Positions 17,936 to 27,878 of a stretch of 64,000 nt of DNA are shown piece by piece. Location of the stretch: NCBI GenBank assembly GCA_902529805.1, contig CABZXU010000001.1, positions 41,841-105,840 of the forward strand, written 5' to 3'. The first letter of the stretch is position 1. Every line of letters starts with the position of its first letter. This DNA comes from an uncultured Marinoscillum sp. (lineage in GTDB: Bacteria; Bacteroidota; Bacteroidia; Cytophagales; MED-G16). The notes beneath the pieces are model-generated. The model was given only the letters and a program-made list of their open reading frames with translations, did no database searches and was not told where the DNA came from. The translations under genes and the position numbers were made by a program.

Positions 17936-19367
17936 ACATATTGAGTTTCTTAAAAAAAATATTCCAATATATTTAATTGAAGAATTTTTATTTTTTAAAC
18001 AATTCAACTTTCATAAACAAAAATTAATATTCCATAGATCATCTATGAAATATTATGAAAATTATCTAACCACAAAAGGTTATTTTGTTAGCTACATTGA
18101 ATCAAAAAATCCAATCTCTCAAATAAGAAATTTTATAAAAAACCTTTCAAAGGAAATAAAAATTATTCGTGCAATTGATCCAGATGATTATTTGATTGAG
18201 AAAAGATTAAAAAAAGAGTGCTTAAAAAAAAATATAAAAATTATTTTTTATGATAACCCATCATTTATCAATACAAAGGAAGATTTAAAAACATTTTTTA
18301 AAAAAGAAAAAGTAAAATTTTTTCAAACATCCTTTTATAAAAATCAAAGAAAAAAACTGAATATATTAATTGATAATAACGATCCAACTGGTGGAAAATG
18401 GACTTATGATAGTGAAAACAGAGAAAAATATCCCAAGGACAAAAATACACCTATAATTAGGTATCCTAAAATAGAAGAATACCATCTTGAAGCAGTGAAA
18501 TATGTAGAAAATAATTTTAAAAATAATTTAGGATCAATTAACTCAAATATTATTTATCCCAACAATTTTAAATCAGCAAAAAAATGGTTTCATGAGTTTT
18601 TAAAAGTAAGATTCAAAGAATTCGGTCCGTATGAAGACGCTATATTAAAAGAAGAATCAATACTAAATCATAGTCTATTATCTCCATTGATTAATGTAGG
18701 CCTCTTATCTCCAAAATATATTGTTAACGAAATAATAAACTTTTATAAAAAAAATAAAATTCCTATAAATTCATGTGAAGGGTTTATTAGACAAATAATT
18801 GGTTGGAGAGAATTCATAAGAGGAATTTATACAGTCAAAGGAAGTTATGAAAGAACAAAAAACTTTTGGGGTTTCAAAAGAAAAATACCTCCTTCTTTTT
18901 ATAATGGGAAAACAGGCATAGATCCCGTTGATGATAGTATAAAAAAAGTTATAAATAGCGCCTACACACATCATATTGAAAGGCTTATGATCCTAGGTAA
19001 TTTCATGCTTTTATGTGAGTTTGATCCCGATGAAGTTTATAGATGGTTTATGGAACTATTTATAGATTCATATGACTGGGTTATGGTACCAAATGTTTAT
19101 GGGATGAGTCAATTTGCTGATGGAGGATTGATGTCAACAAAACCATATATAAGTGGAAGTAGTTATATTTTAAAAATGAGCAACTACAAAAAAGGAGATT
19201 GGTGTATAATATGGGATTCTTTATTTTGGAATTTTATTAAAAATCAAAAAGAGTTTTTTTATAAAAATCCAAGGATGAGAATGCTTGTTAATTCATACGA
19301 TAAAATGGATGAAAATAAGAAAAATAATTTAAACAAAACTGCTAAGAAATTTTTAATGGATTTATGA
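17895..19367 (+). CDS. Cryptochrome/photolyase family protein, bacterial (6-4) photolyase (PhrB/CryB clade) type
   Basis: Likely start MKEISIILPNQL. HKQKL, GGKWTYD..NR, FGPYEDA, HS.LSP.IN.GLL, EGFIRQIIGWREF, HHIERLM, WVMVPNV.GM..FADGG...KPY. Confidence 0.92.
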   Translation: MKEISIILPNQLHEHIEFLKKNIPIYLIEEFLFFKQFNFHKQKLIFHRSSMKYYENYLTTKGYFVSYIESKNPISQIRNFIKNLSKEIKIIRAIDPDDYLIEKRLKKECLKKNIKIIFYDNPSFINTKEDLKTFFKKEKVKFFQTSFYKNQRKKLNILIDNNDPTGGKWTYDSENREKYPKDKNTPIIRYPKIEEYHLEAVKYVENNFKNNLGSINSNIIYPNNFKSAKKWFHEFLKVRFKEFGPYEDAILKEESILNHSLLSPLINVGLLSPKYIVNEIINFYKKNKIPINSCEGFIRQIIGWREFIRGIYTVKGSYERTKNFWGFKRKIPPSFYNGKTGIDPVDDSIKKVINSAYTHHIERLMILGNFMLLCEFDPDEVYRWFMELFIDSYDWVMVPNVYGMSQFADGGLMSTKPYISGSSYILKMSNYKKGDWCIIWDSLFWNFIKNQKEFFYKNPRMRMLVNSYDKMDENKKNNLNKTAKKFLMDL

Positions 19368-19368
19368 T

Positions 19369-19644
19369 ATGAAAAAGGCAATATATTGGTTTAGAAAAAA
19401 CTTAAGAACCCATGATAATCCATCATTAAATAAAGCAATTAAAGAAAATGATGAGCTTCTTTTTGTATATGTAATGGATTTAAAAGTATTTAATCCAATA
19501 AATTCAGATATAGAAAAGATTGGGGAATACAGAAAAAAATTTTTAATTGAATCCATATTAAACTTAAAAAAAGGAATTTATCGTTCGATATGGCTTAAGA
19601 AAAAAGGTCAGCTCAATATAGATTTGGGTTTAAAAAAATATTAA
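19369..19644 (+). pseudogene. Truncated CRY-DASH/photolyase remnant with a probable in-frame internal deletion
   Basis: N-terminal WFRKNLRTHDN...G.YRKKFLIESI.NL is fused directly to GIYRSIWL, which resembles the family C-terminus. Only 91 aa; no FAD domain. Confidence 0.72.
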
Positions 19645-19695
19645 TTTAAAAAAGTTGTATTAATTTTAGAAAAACTAAACTTTAAAATAAATAAT

Positions 19696-20031
19696 ATGAA
19701 AGCACATGTAGCCAGTTTATTAAATGCGATAGTTTTAATTATTATAGGTGGATGGGGTTATTTTATTTCAGGTTCTCCTACATCATTAATACCTGTAGCC
19801 ATAGGAGTAGTACTTATTTTTTTAAATAATGGAATAAAAAATAGTAATAAAGTAATTGCTCACATTGCAGTTCTTGTTACATTGTTATCATTTGCAAACA
19901 TCATGCCTTTGTTAAGTGCATTAGAGGATGGACGAAATGAAGCGGCAGTTAGAATAATTATTATGTTATCTTCTTCTGTATATGCAATGATTTATTTTGT
20001 AAAAAGCTTCATTGAAGCTAGAAAAAAATAG
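19696..20031 (+). CDS. Small membrane protein (TMEM14-like)
   Basis: Four hydrophobic segments; GGWGY...SPTSLIP, AHIAV, SFIEARK. Confidence 0.65.
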   Translation: MKAHVASLLNAIVLIIIGGWGYFISGSPTSLIPVAIGVVLIFLNNGIKNSNKVIAHIAVLVTLLSFANIMPLLSALEDGRNEAAVRIIIMLSSSVYAMIYFVKSFIEARKK

Positions 20032-20088
20032 AGATAAAAAATGGAAAGTATGTCTTCACGAAAGCTGCATTAGAAGGCTAATTTTTTA

Positions 20089-21003
20089 ATGAGAAATTTT
20101 TTAATCGATACAGATACTGGTTCAGATGATGCTGTTGCTCTTGCAATGGCCCTTAACAATTCAAATATAAACATAGAGGCAATTACTGTAGTTGCTGGAA
20201 ATATCCCGGTAGAACAAGGGCTTCAAAACGCTCTATATACCGTTGATCTATGTAATAAAAAAACTCCAGTTTATCTAGGTGAAGACAAACCTTTAAAAAG
20301 ACCTTTAAAAACTTCAGAATTTTTTCATGGTCAAGATGGCCTTGGAGATATAGGACTTGATTTAAAAGGAAGAAAAGCTAGAGATGGTAATGCTATAGAT
20401 ATTATTATTGATAAAGTTTATCAATTTGAAAATAACTTGGAGATTATTGCAATAGGACCTCTTACTAACCTTGCATTGGCAATAAAAAGAGATCCTAAAA
20501 TAATTTCGAAAATTAAAAATTGTTTTATAATGGGTGGAACTGCATTTGGCCCTGGAAACATAACCCCATTTTCTGAATTCAATTTTTGGGTAGATCCTGA
20601 AGCTGCAGAGATTGTACTTCAATCAGGAATGGAAATAACCTTGATAGATTGGGATGCTACAAAAAAATATGCTTGGTTTGACTCTAATACTATTAAATCG
20701 ATTAACAATCTAAATACTCCTCTTTCTAAATTTTCAATGGATATTCAAAATAATCCTAAAAAATATAAGAAAAAAAAATATGGTAACGAGATGATTGAAC
20801 TAGCAGATCCTTTAGCAATGGCAATAGCTTTAGATCCAAGTATTATCATAAAGTCAAAAAAATATAATGTAAATATTGATCTTTCTAATAAAGAACGAAG
20901 AGGGGAAAATATACTTAACGAAGAAGGTAAAAAAAATACCACGGTGATATTAAAAGCCTCAAGAAAAAAATTTCTTGATATATTTAAGAAATCATTAAAA
21001 TGA
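20089..21003 (+). CDS. Nucleoside hydrolase (IUNH family)
   Basis: DTDTGSDDA, HGQDGLGD, IGPLTN, MGG, EFNFWVDPEAA. Confidence 0.93.
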   Translation: MRNFLIDTDTGSDDAVALAMALNNSNINIEAITVVAGNIPVEQGLQNALYTVDLCNKKTPVYLGEDKPLKRPLKTSEFFHGQDGLGDIGLDLKGRKARDGNAIDIIIDKVYQFENNLEIIAIGPLTNLALAIKRDPKIISKIKNCFIMGGTAFGPGNITPFSEFNFWVDPEAAEIVLQSGMEITLIDWDATKKYAWFDSNTIKSINNLNTPLSKFSMDIQNNPKKYKKKKYGNEMIELADPLAMAIALDPSIIIKSKKYNVNIDLSNKERRGENILNEEGKKNTTVILKASRKKFLDIFKKSLK

Positions 21004-21863
21004 AAATACTAAATATAGGCTCTATTAACATTGATTATGTTTATGAGGTAGATAATTTTGTAAAGTCTGGAGAAACAATTCCAAGTAATAATTTTAAAGT
21101 TTTTCTTGGAGGAAAAGGATTAAATCAAAGTGTAGCTTTAGCTCAAGCTGGTTCTCAAGTTTTTCATGCTGGAAATATCAATATTAAAGATGATAACATA
21201 AAAAAAGAGTTGACAAAATGGAATGTTAACATTGATTATATAAAAGAAGAAAGTGAAAGTACTGGTCATGCTATAATTCAAGTAAATAAAGAGGGAGAAA
21301 ATTCAATAATTATTCATGGAGGTGCAAATAGAACTTTTGAATCCAATCAAATAGATATGATTCTTAAAAATTTCAATCAAGGAGATATTTTACTACTACA
21401 AAATGAAATAAATAAAATTCCTGAGATAATAGAAAAAGCCAAAAATATAGGAATGAAAATATTTTTGAATCCGGCCCCTATGACAAAAGAAGTTTTAAAC
21501 TATCCAATTGATTTAGTTGATTGTCTTATTGTCAATGAAAGTGAAGCAAAAAAATTAACAGAAGAGGATCTTGATTCTGATGAAATAATTAATTTATTAA
21601 AAAATAAATATTCTAATATCTCCATTTTGCTAACACTTGGAGAAAAAGGATCTATCTATTCTTATAATACAAAATATTTAAAGTGCGAAGCTATGAAAGT
21701 TAAAGCGGTTGATACTACAGCTGCTGGAGACACTTTTATTGGATATTTTATAAGTTATTTGTCAAGAGATAAAGAAATAAAAGATTGTTTATCAATAGCA
21801 TCAAAAGCAGCATCAATTTGTGTGACAAAAAAAGGTGGGGCAATTTCTATTCCAAAAATTTAA
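21000..21863 (+). CDS. rbsK: Ribokinase
   Basis: GSINID, GGKGLNQ, GENSIIIHGGAN, LLQNE, NPAP, VNESE, DTTAAGDTF. Confidence 0.92.
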   Translation: MKILNIGSINIDYVYEVDNFVKSGETIPSNNFKVFLGGKGLNQSVALAQAGSQVFHAGNINIKDDNIKKELTKWNVNIDYIKEESESTGHAIIQVNKEGENSIIIHGGANRTFESNQIDMILKNFNQGDILLLQNEINKIPEIIEKAKNIGMKIFLNPAPMTKEVLNYPIDLVDCLIVNESEAKKLTEEDLDSDEIINLLKNKYSNISILLTLGEKGSIYSYNTKYLKCEAMKVKAVDTTAAGDTFIGYFISYLSRDKEIKDCLSIASKAASICVTKKGGAISIPKI

Positions 21864-21865
21864 AA

Positions 21866-22627
21866 CTAATTCATTTTTTGAGAATCAACCCAATCAAATA
21901 CTTTCTTTAAAGTTTCAGTTACTCTTGCTAAAGGTTTGTCTCTAATCTTTTTCTCTTCTTTTGAAATCATAATAAATAATCCATCCAAAGCTTTTCTTGT
22001 AACATAATCATCTAAATCAGAATTGACTTTTTGAACCATAGGAATTTTATTATATCTAGATATAACAGTAGACCAGTGCTTTGTTGCATTAACTTTTTCT
22101 AATGAAGTTTGAATAGGAGGAATAAATTTTTGATATAAAGAATCAAAAGTATTTTTCTTTAAATAATTGGTTGCCTCATTATCTTCTCCTTTAACGATAT
22201 TAATAGCATCTCTAACTGTCATATTTTTGATTGCTTGAACGATGATAGGTTTAGCTTCGTTTGCTGCATCTTCAGCTGCTCTATTAATATATAAAATAGC
22301 ATCATCAACTAATTTATTCATACCTAATGATCTTAATCTATCTTCAATTTTTTTTGCGTCTGGAGGAAATGGAATTTTTATTTCAGTGCTTTGCAGGTAT
22401 CCATCAACTTTAGATACTATTTCAACAGAGTTATTTATTCCATTATTAAGAGCTTCTCTTAAAGCTTTAGCAGCTTCATCCTCAGAAATGGAAGGAACTT
22501 TTGTAGGAGTATTTTTTAAATTATTTTTTAAATTAAGAGCTTTGTTTTTTAAACCTTTTAAAGATTGTCCATCAACAGAAAATGAGATGATAAGAGAAAA
22601 AAGAAAAAAGAAAGTATATTTTATCAT
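21866..22627 (-). CDS. DUF4197 family exported protein
   Basis: LREAL..G, DGY, IKIPFP, NRAAEDA, DAINI..G...AT.YL, ALDGLF..I..EEKKIR. Confidence 0.88.
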   Translation of the reverse strand: MIKYTFFFLFSLIISFSVDGQSLKGLKNKALNLKNNLKNTPTKVPSISEDEAAKALREALNNGINNSVEIVSKVDGYLQSTEIKIPFPPDAKKIEDRLRSLGMNKLVDDAILYINRAAEDAANEAKPIIVQAIKNMTVRDAINIVKGEDNEATNYLKKNTFDSLYQKFIPPIQTSLEKVNATKHWSTVISRYNKIPMVQKVNSDLDDYVTRKALDGLFIMISKEEKKIRDKPLARVTETLKKVFDWVDSQKMN

Positions 22628-22693
22628 TAGAAATAAATTTAGTGAAAAAAATCTTTACATTTAAAAAAACTTTATGTTTTAAAAACATTACTT

Positions 22694-24349
22694 ATGATAA
22701 AAAACGTTTTTCATTTTTTATTTGTTTCATTTATGTATATTTCATCATATCCTTTATTTTCACAAGGAATATTTGGAGAAAAAGAATCTTTTACTAGACA
22801 AGATTCACTTAGAGGAAGTATTACAAAAGAACGAGAATGGTGGGATTTGAATTATTATCATCTAGATATTTCTGTTTATCCTAATGAAAAATCAATTAGT
22901 GGAAAAAATACAATAGTATATAGTGTATTAAAATCCTATAATGTAATCCAGATAGACCTTCAAGAACCTTTGATAATTAGTACAGTTACTCAAGAAAATA
23001 GATCCTTAAAATACAATAGAGAAGGAAATGTATATTTTATCTTTTTAGAAAAAGAACAAAAAGTTGGAGATATAAATCAATTAATTATACAATATGAAGG
23101 AAAACCAAAAGAAGCTATAAGAGCCCCATGGGATGGAGGACTGTCTTGGGAAAAAGATGAAAATGGAAATCATTTTATTGCTACATCATGCCAAGGGCTT
23201 GGAGCTAGTGTTTGGTGGCCAAACAAAGATCATATGTATGATGAGGTAGATAGCATGCTTATTAGTGTAGAGGTCCCTGAAAACCTTATCAACGTATCGA
23301 ATGGTAGATTGAGAAAAATAACTTCAGAAAATAATAATAGAAAAACTTATCACTGGTTTGTTAATAATCCAATAAATAATTACGGCGTTAACATAAACAT
23401 AGGTGATTATGTTAACTTTTCTGAAATTTATGATGGAGAGAAAGGAAAGTTAGATGTAGATTATTTTGTTTTAAAATATAATCTAGAAAAAGCTAAAAAG
23501 CATTTTAAAGATGTGCCAAAAATGCTAGAAGCATTTGAATATTGGTTTGGACCATATCCATTTTATGAAGATGGCTATAAATTGGTTGAAGTACCCTACC
23601 TAGGAATGGAACATCAAAGCTCAATAACTTATGGAAATAAATTTTTAAAAGGTTATTTAGGTAGAGATCCATCTGATACTGGATGGGGCTTAAAATTTGA
23701 TTTTATAATTATTCATGAATCTGGTCATGAATGGTTTGCAAATAACATCACTTACATTGATATGGCTGATATGTGGATTCACGAAGGCTTTACAGCATAT
23801 TCAGAAAACTTATTTTTAAATTATCATTATGGAAAAGAAGCTGGAGCAGATTATACTATCGGAACACGTAAAGGAATACAAAATACAAAACCAATAATTG
23901 GGCCATATAATGTCAATAGAGAGGGTTCAAAAGATATGTATTCAAAAGGAGCAAACTTATTGCATACAATTAGACAAATTGCTGTCGATGATGAGAAATG
24001 GAGATCAATTTTTAGGGGTTTAAATAAAACATTTTATCACCAAACTGTATCTTCATCACAAGTAGAAGAATATATTTCTAAAAATATTGGTTTCGATTTA
24101 AAATATGTTTTTGATCAATATTTAAGAGATTATAGAATCCCAGTATTTGAATATAAAATTGAGGAAAATAAACTAAAATACAGATGGTCAAATACTATTG
24201 AAAATTTTAATATGCCTATAGAAATAATAATCGACAAAAAAAATCAAAAATTATTTCCAAAAAATAAATGGCAAGAACTAGAAATTAAAAATAAAAAAAT
24301 ATTAATAGATAGAGATTATTATGTTACTAGTAAGGATTTAAATAAATAA
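22694..24349 (+). CDS. M1 family aminopeptidase, secreted
   Basis: Signal peptide; GMEHQS; HESGHEWFAN...WIHEGF (HExxH...E); YSKGA. Confidence 0.92.
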   Translation: MIKNVFHFLFVSFMYISSYPLFSQGIFGEKESFTRQDSLRGSITKEREWWDLNYYHLDISVYPNEKSISGKNTIVYSVLKSYNVIQIDLQEPLIISTVTQENRSLKYNREGNVYFIFLEKEQKVGDINQLIIQYEGKPKEAIRAPWDGGLSWEKDENGNHFIATSCQGLGASVWWPNKDHMYDEVDSMLISVEVPENLINVSNGRLRKITSENNNRKTYHWFVNNPINNYGVNINIGDYVNFSEIYDGEKGKLDVDYFVLKYNLEKAKKHFKDVPKMLEAFEYWFGPYPFYEDGYKLVEVPYLGMEHQSSITYGNKFLKGYLGRDPSDTGWGLKFDFIIIHESGHEWFANNITYIDMADMWIHEGFTAYSENLFLNYHYGKEAGADYTIGTRKGIQNTKPIIGPYNVNREGSKDMYSKGANLLHTIRQIAVDDEKWRSIFRGLNKTFYHQTVSSSQVEEYISKNIGFDLKYVFDQYLRDYRIPVFEYKIEENKLKYRWSNTIENFNMPIEIIIDKKNQKLFPKNKWQELEIKNKKILIDRDYYVTSKDLNK

Positions 24350-24389
24350 GATTTATTATTTTTATTTACTAAACATTAATACCAAAATT

Positions 24390-25949
24390 GTGAATTACTT
24401 ATTATATATATTGTTTTTTTTTATTCTATTAGGCTGTAATAAAAATGATTCAAACGAATATTTTATCATATCAGAGGAAAAGTTAAGAGATAAAATCAAA
24501 GGAGCGTGGGCATCCCAAACAATTGGGGTCACGTTTGGGGGACCTACAGAATTCAGATATTTAAAAAAAATTATTCCAGACAGCATTGAGATTTTATGGG
24601 ATGATAGCACGTTATATAAGATGATGAAAAATACTCCTGGATTATATGATGATATTTATATGGATCTAACTTTTGTTGAGGTTATGGAAAAAGAAGGAAT
24701 TGATGCGCCAGCTTCATCACATGCAAAAGCATATGCCAATGCAAAATACTGGTTATGGCATGCTAATCAACAAGGACGTTACAATATATTAAATGGTATA
24801 ATGCCTCCTGAATCTGGACATTGGTTAAATAACCCACATGCAGATGATATTGACTTTCAAATTGAAGCTGATTTTGCAGGAATAATGACACCAGGAATGC
24901 CAAATACTGCATTAGAAATTTGCGATAAAGTTGGTCATATTATGAATTATGGTGATGGATATTACGGTGGTGTTTTTGTGGCAGGAATGTACAGTCATGC
25001 ATTTGTAGAAAATGATATTCCTACTATAATTAATAAGTCTCTTAATATGATTCCAAAGGAAAGCACATTTTATCAATGCATAAATGATGTAATCAATTGG
25101 CATAAGGAGTATCCGGAAAATTGGAAAAAAAACTGGGAATTAATTGAAAAAAAATGGGGCGAAGATATAGGATGTCCTGATGGTGCTCATGAAGACTTTA
25201 ATATTGATGCGAAAATAAATGCTGCTTATGTAGTTCTTGGTCTTCTTTATGGAAAAGAAAATTTCAGAAATACATTGGAAGTTTCAACTAGAGCTGGTCA
25301 AGATTCTGATTGTAACCCTGCTACTGCAATGGCGATCTTAGGAACTGTAAAAGGGTATAGTAAAATACCAGAATTTTGGACAAAAGGATTAAAATCTATT
25401 GAAGATATTAATTTTCAATTTACAAATACATCTTTAAATAAAGTTTATGAAATAAGTCTTAAACATGCCAAAGAATTGATAATTAAAAATGGTGGAAAAG
25501 TCGATAATGAAAATATTAAAATTAAAGTTCAAAATGCAATAACTGCACCTATGGAACAAAGTTTTCCTGATTATGAATTAGGTGAAAAAATGATAATCAA
25601 CAGAAATATTGGATTTGAAGATAACCAAGAGTTAAGTTTAGAATTTGAAGGTATCGGTGTTGTCTTAAAAGGAAGAGTTAGAAATAAAAATTTTGATAAT
25701 AAATATGCTTTGATATCAAATGAAGAAACACTAAATAATTATAATTTAGAAATAGAATATTCAATCGACGATAAAATTTCTAAAACTATGCAGACACCAA
25801 TATATTTCATTGAAAGAGCACATGAGTTATTTTTTAAATATGATTTAGATCCAGGAAAGCACACTTTAAAAATGAAAATAAAAAATCCTAATGAAGATGT
25901 AAGACTAGATATAACAAATCTAATAACCTATAAAAAAAAATCTATTTGA
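24390..25949 (+). CDS. ADP-ribosylglycohydrolase family lipoprotein
   Basis: Lipobox LLGC; DKIKGAW...IGV, YDDIYMD, DDIDFQIEAD, GQDSDCNP; GTG start. Confidence 0.85.
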   Translation: MNYLLYILFFFILLGCNKNDSNEYFIISEEKLRDKIKGAWASQTIGVTFGGPTEFRYLKKIIPDSIEILWDDSTLYKMMKNTPGLYDDIYMDLTFVEVMEKEGIDAPASSHAKAYANAKYWLWHANQQGRYNILNGIMPPESGHWLNNPHADDIDFQIEADFAGIMTPGMPNTALEICDKVGHIMNYGDGYYGGVFVAGMYSHAFVENDIPTIINKSLNMIPKESTFYQCINDVINWHKEYPENWKKNWELIEKKWGEDIGCPDGAHEDFNIDAKINAAYVVLGLLYGKENFRNTLEVSTRAGQDSDCNPATAMAILGTVKGYSKIPEFWTKGLKSIEDINFQFTNTSLNKVYEISLKHAKELIIKNGGKVDNENIKIKVQNAITAPMEQSFPDYELGEKMIINRNIGFEDNQELSLEFEGIGVVLKGRVRNKNFDNKYALISNEETLNNYNLEIEYSIDDKISKTMQTPIYFIERAHELFFKYDLDPGKHTLKMKIKNPNEDVRLDITNLITYKKKSI

Positions 25950-25952
25950 ATT

Positions 25953-26957
25953 ATGTTAATAATTAAAAGTTATGAGGTAGCAGTGATATTATGTTTCATA
26001 ACTATGTTTTGTTGGGGTTCATGGGCAAATACTCAAAAACTTGCTTCAAAATCATGGGCCTTTCCTCTTTATTATTGGGACTATTCTATTGGGGTAATAT
26101 TATTTTCTTTAATATTTGGACTATCGTTTGGCAGCTTTGGAGAAAATGGGAGAAGTTTTTTAGATGATCTTTATCAAGGTAGTTCTACTTCATTTTTTAA
26201 CGCATTTTTAGGTGGAGTAATTTTTAATATTGCAAATTTATTAATAGTAGCAGCAATAAGCATAGCAGGAATGGCAGTAGCATTTCCCATTGGAATTGGA
26301 ATAGCACTTGTCTTAGGTGTTATAGTAAATTATATTGCTGCTCCAATTGGAAACCCTATAATATTATTTTCAGGGGTAGCAATAGTTACTATTGCTATAA
26401 TTATAGATGCTATAGCCTACAAAAGATTGTCTATAAGTAGTAAAAAAACATCTACAAAAGGAATTACTATATCAATACTAGGTGGTATTTTAATGGGATT
26501 CTTTTATCGATTTGTTGCTTCATCAATGATTACTAATTTTGAATCCCCGGAACCAGAATTATTAACTCCATATAGTGCGGTTTTTATTTTTTCTTTAGGA
26601 ATTTTTATTTCTAATTTTTTATGGAATACCTATTTTATGTATAATCCAATAGAAGGCAATAAATCTACTTATATTGATTACATAACAAAAGGAAATCTAA
26701 AACTTCACCTAATAGGTATATTGGGTGGAATTATATGGTGTGTAGGAATGTCTTTGAGTATGATCTCGAGTGAAAAAGCAGGATATGCAATATCATATGG
26801 TCTTGGTCAAGGAGCGACAATGGTTGCAGCAGCATGGGGAGTATTTATTTGGAAAGAATTTAAGAATGCACCAAAAGGTACTAATAATTTAATTTTAATA
26901 ATGTTTTGTCTTTTTATATTAGGTTTATCTCTAATTATCTTTTCAAGATTTAACTGA
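25953..26957 (+). CDS. GRP/DMT family sugar (ribose/nucleoside) transporter
   Basis: About 10 TM segments; TMFCWGSWANTQK, YYWDY, AGMAVAFPIGIG, SYGLGQGATMVAAAWGVFIWKEF. Confidence 0.88.
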   Translation: MLIIKSYEVAVILCFITMFCWGSWANTQKLASKSWAFPLYYWDYSIGVILFSLIFGLSFGSFGENGRSFLDDLYQGSSTSFFNAFLGGVIFNIANLLIVAAISIAGMAVAFPIGIGIALVLGVIVNYIAAPIGNPIILFSGVAIVTIAIIIDAIAYKRLSISSKKTSTKGITISILGGILMGFFYRFVASSMITNFESPEPELLTPYSAVFIFSLGIFISNFLWNTYFMYNPIEGNKSTYIDYITKGNLKLHLIGILGGIIWCVGMSLSMISSEKAGYAISYGLGQGATMVAAAWGVFIWKEFKNAPKGTNNLILIMFCLFILGLSLIIFSRFN

Positions 26958-26964
26958 AGAATAA

Positions 26965-27831
26965 CTAATCTAAATATCTAACTTTTTCCATTTTCTTGTA
27001 TATCATAAGTATTAATAACCCAAATAATACACCTGAAATTAATAAAATAATACTTTTTAAGCCTGAAACTCCAAAAGATAATCTTAGTAAAATTGTTGAT
27101 ATAATAAACCCAGTATTTCTTATAAGTTGAGAATATCTTTCAGTATATCTAAATGATATCAACAATATGAAAACATCTACAAGAATTAAAATTGTAAAAA
27201 AATCAATAAAAAAAAGATAATTTAAATCTTCATTAAATGAATTAGAAAGAACTACTCCATTAAACCAAAAATAGAAACTATAAAAAACTAAGAAAACTAG
27301 AGTTGGAACTAATAGAATTGATATTATTTTTTTTTGCCTTATAAACTTTTTTAACCTTTTACCGATCGTTTTCTTTTTATTTACTCCAGCATTTTTTTTG
27401 AAAAGGTAAATCAAAAAGAAAATGATAATGATACCCAGTAAATCGTAAATCAGTTGAATTGAATATGCATCTGATAAAATATTTGTATCTAAATTAACTA
27501 GAGGTATATCTTTGAAAATCTTTCTTATTAAAATCAATGAAATAATTTCATAGCCTTTTACTACTGAAACTGTAAATGAATTTGGAATAAAATAAATTAA
27601 TAAGAATGCTTCATATACAAGAATAAAAGAAAATGGAGTATACAATGCTGAAATAGGATTTAATAATAAGCTATTATTAAAAGTAAAATTTATAACCTCA
27701 TACTTATTCAAATAAATTAGTAACAGATGAATTATAAAACCGGCTGTTGCTAGAAATAAAATAAACTTTTCGAATTTCTTCTGAATTATTTCAGAAAATA
27801 AATAATCAAATACCTTATCTACATTATTCAC
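26965..27831 (-). CDS. Hypothetical multi-pass membrane protein
   Basis: 288 aa with about 8 hydrophobic segments; LYTPFSFIL.YE and RNTGFIISTILLRLSF; GTG start. Confidence 0.75.
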   Translation of the reverse strand: MNNVDKVFDYLFSEIIQKKFEKFILFLATAGFIIHLLLIYLNKYEVINFTFNNSLLLNPISALYTPFSFILVYEAFLLIYFIPNSFTVSVVKGYEIISLILIRKIFKDIPLVNLDTNILSDAYSIQLIYDLLGIIIIFFLIYLFKKNAGVNKKKTIGKRLKKFIRQKKIISILLVPTLVFLVFYSFYFWFNGVVLSNSFNEDLNYLFFIDFFTILILVDVFILLISFRYTERYSQLIRNTGFIISTILLRLSFGVSGLKSIILLISGVLFGLLILMIYKKMEKVRYLD

Positions 27832-27878
27832 AATATCTCAATAAAAAATTAAACTAATACAGTTACGTTATTAATAGA

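Noticed and set aside
20032..20088. Intergenic stretch with a tiny ORF (MESMSSRKLH) or a possible gene tail (KNGKYVFTKAALEG*) before the nucleoside hydrolase
   Set aside because: Too short to support; no recognisable riboswitch or hairpin. It could be a gene remnant, but this is untestable by eye.
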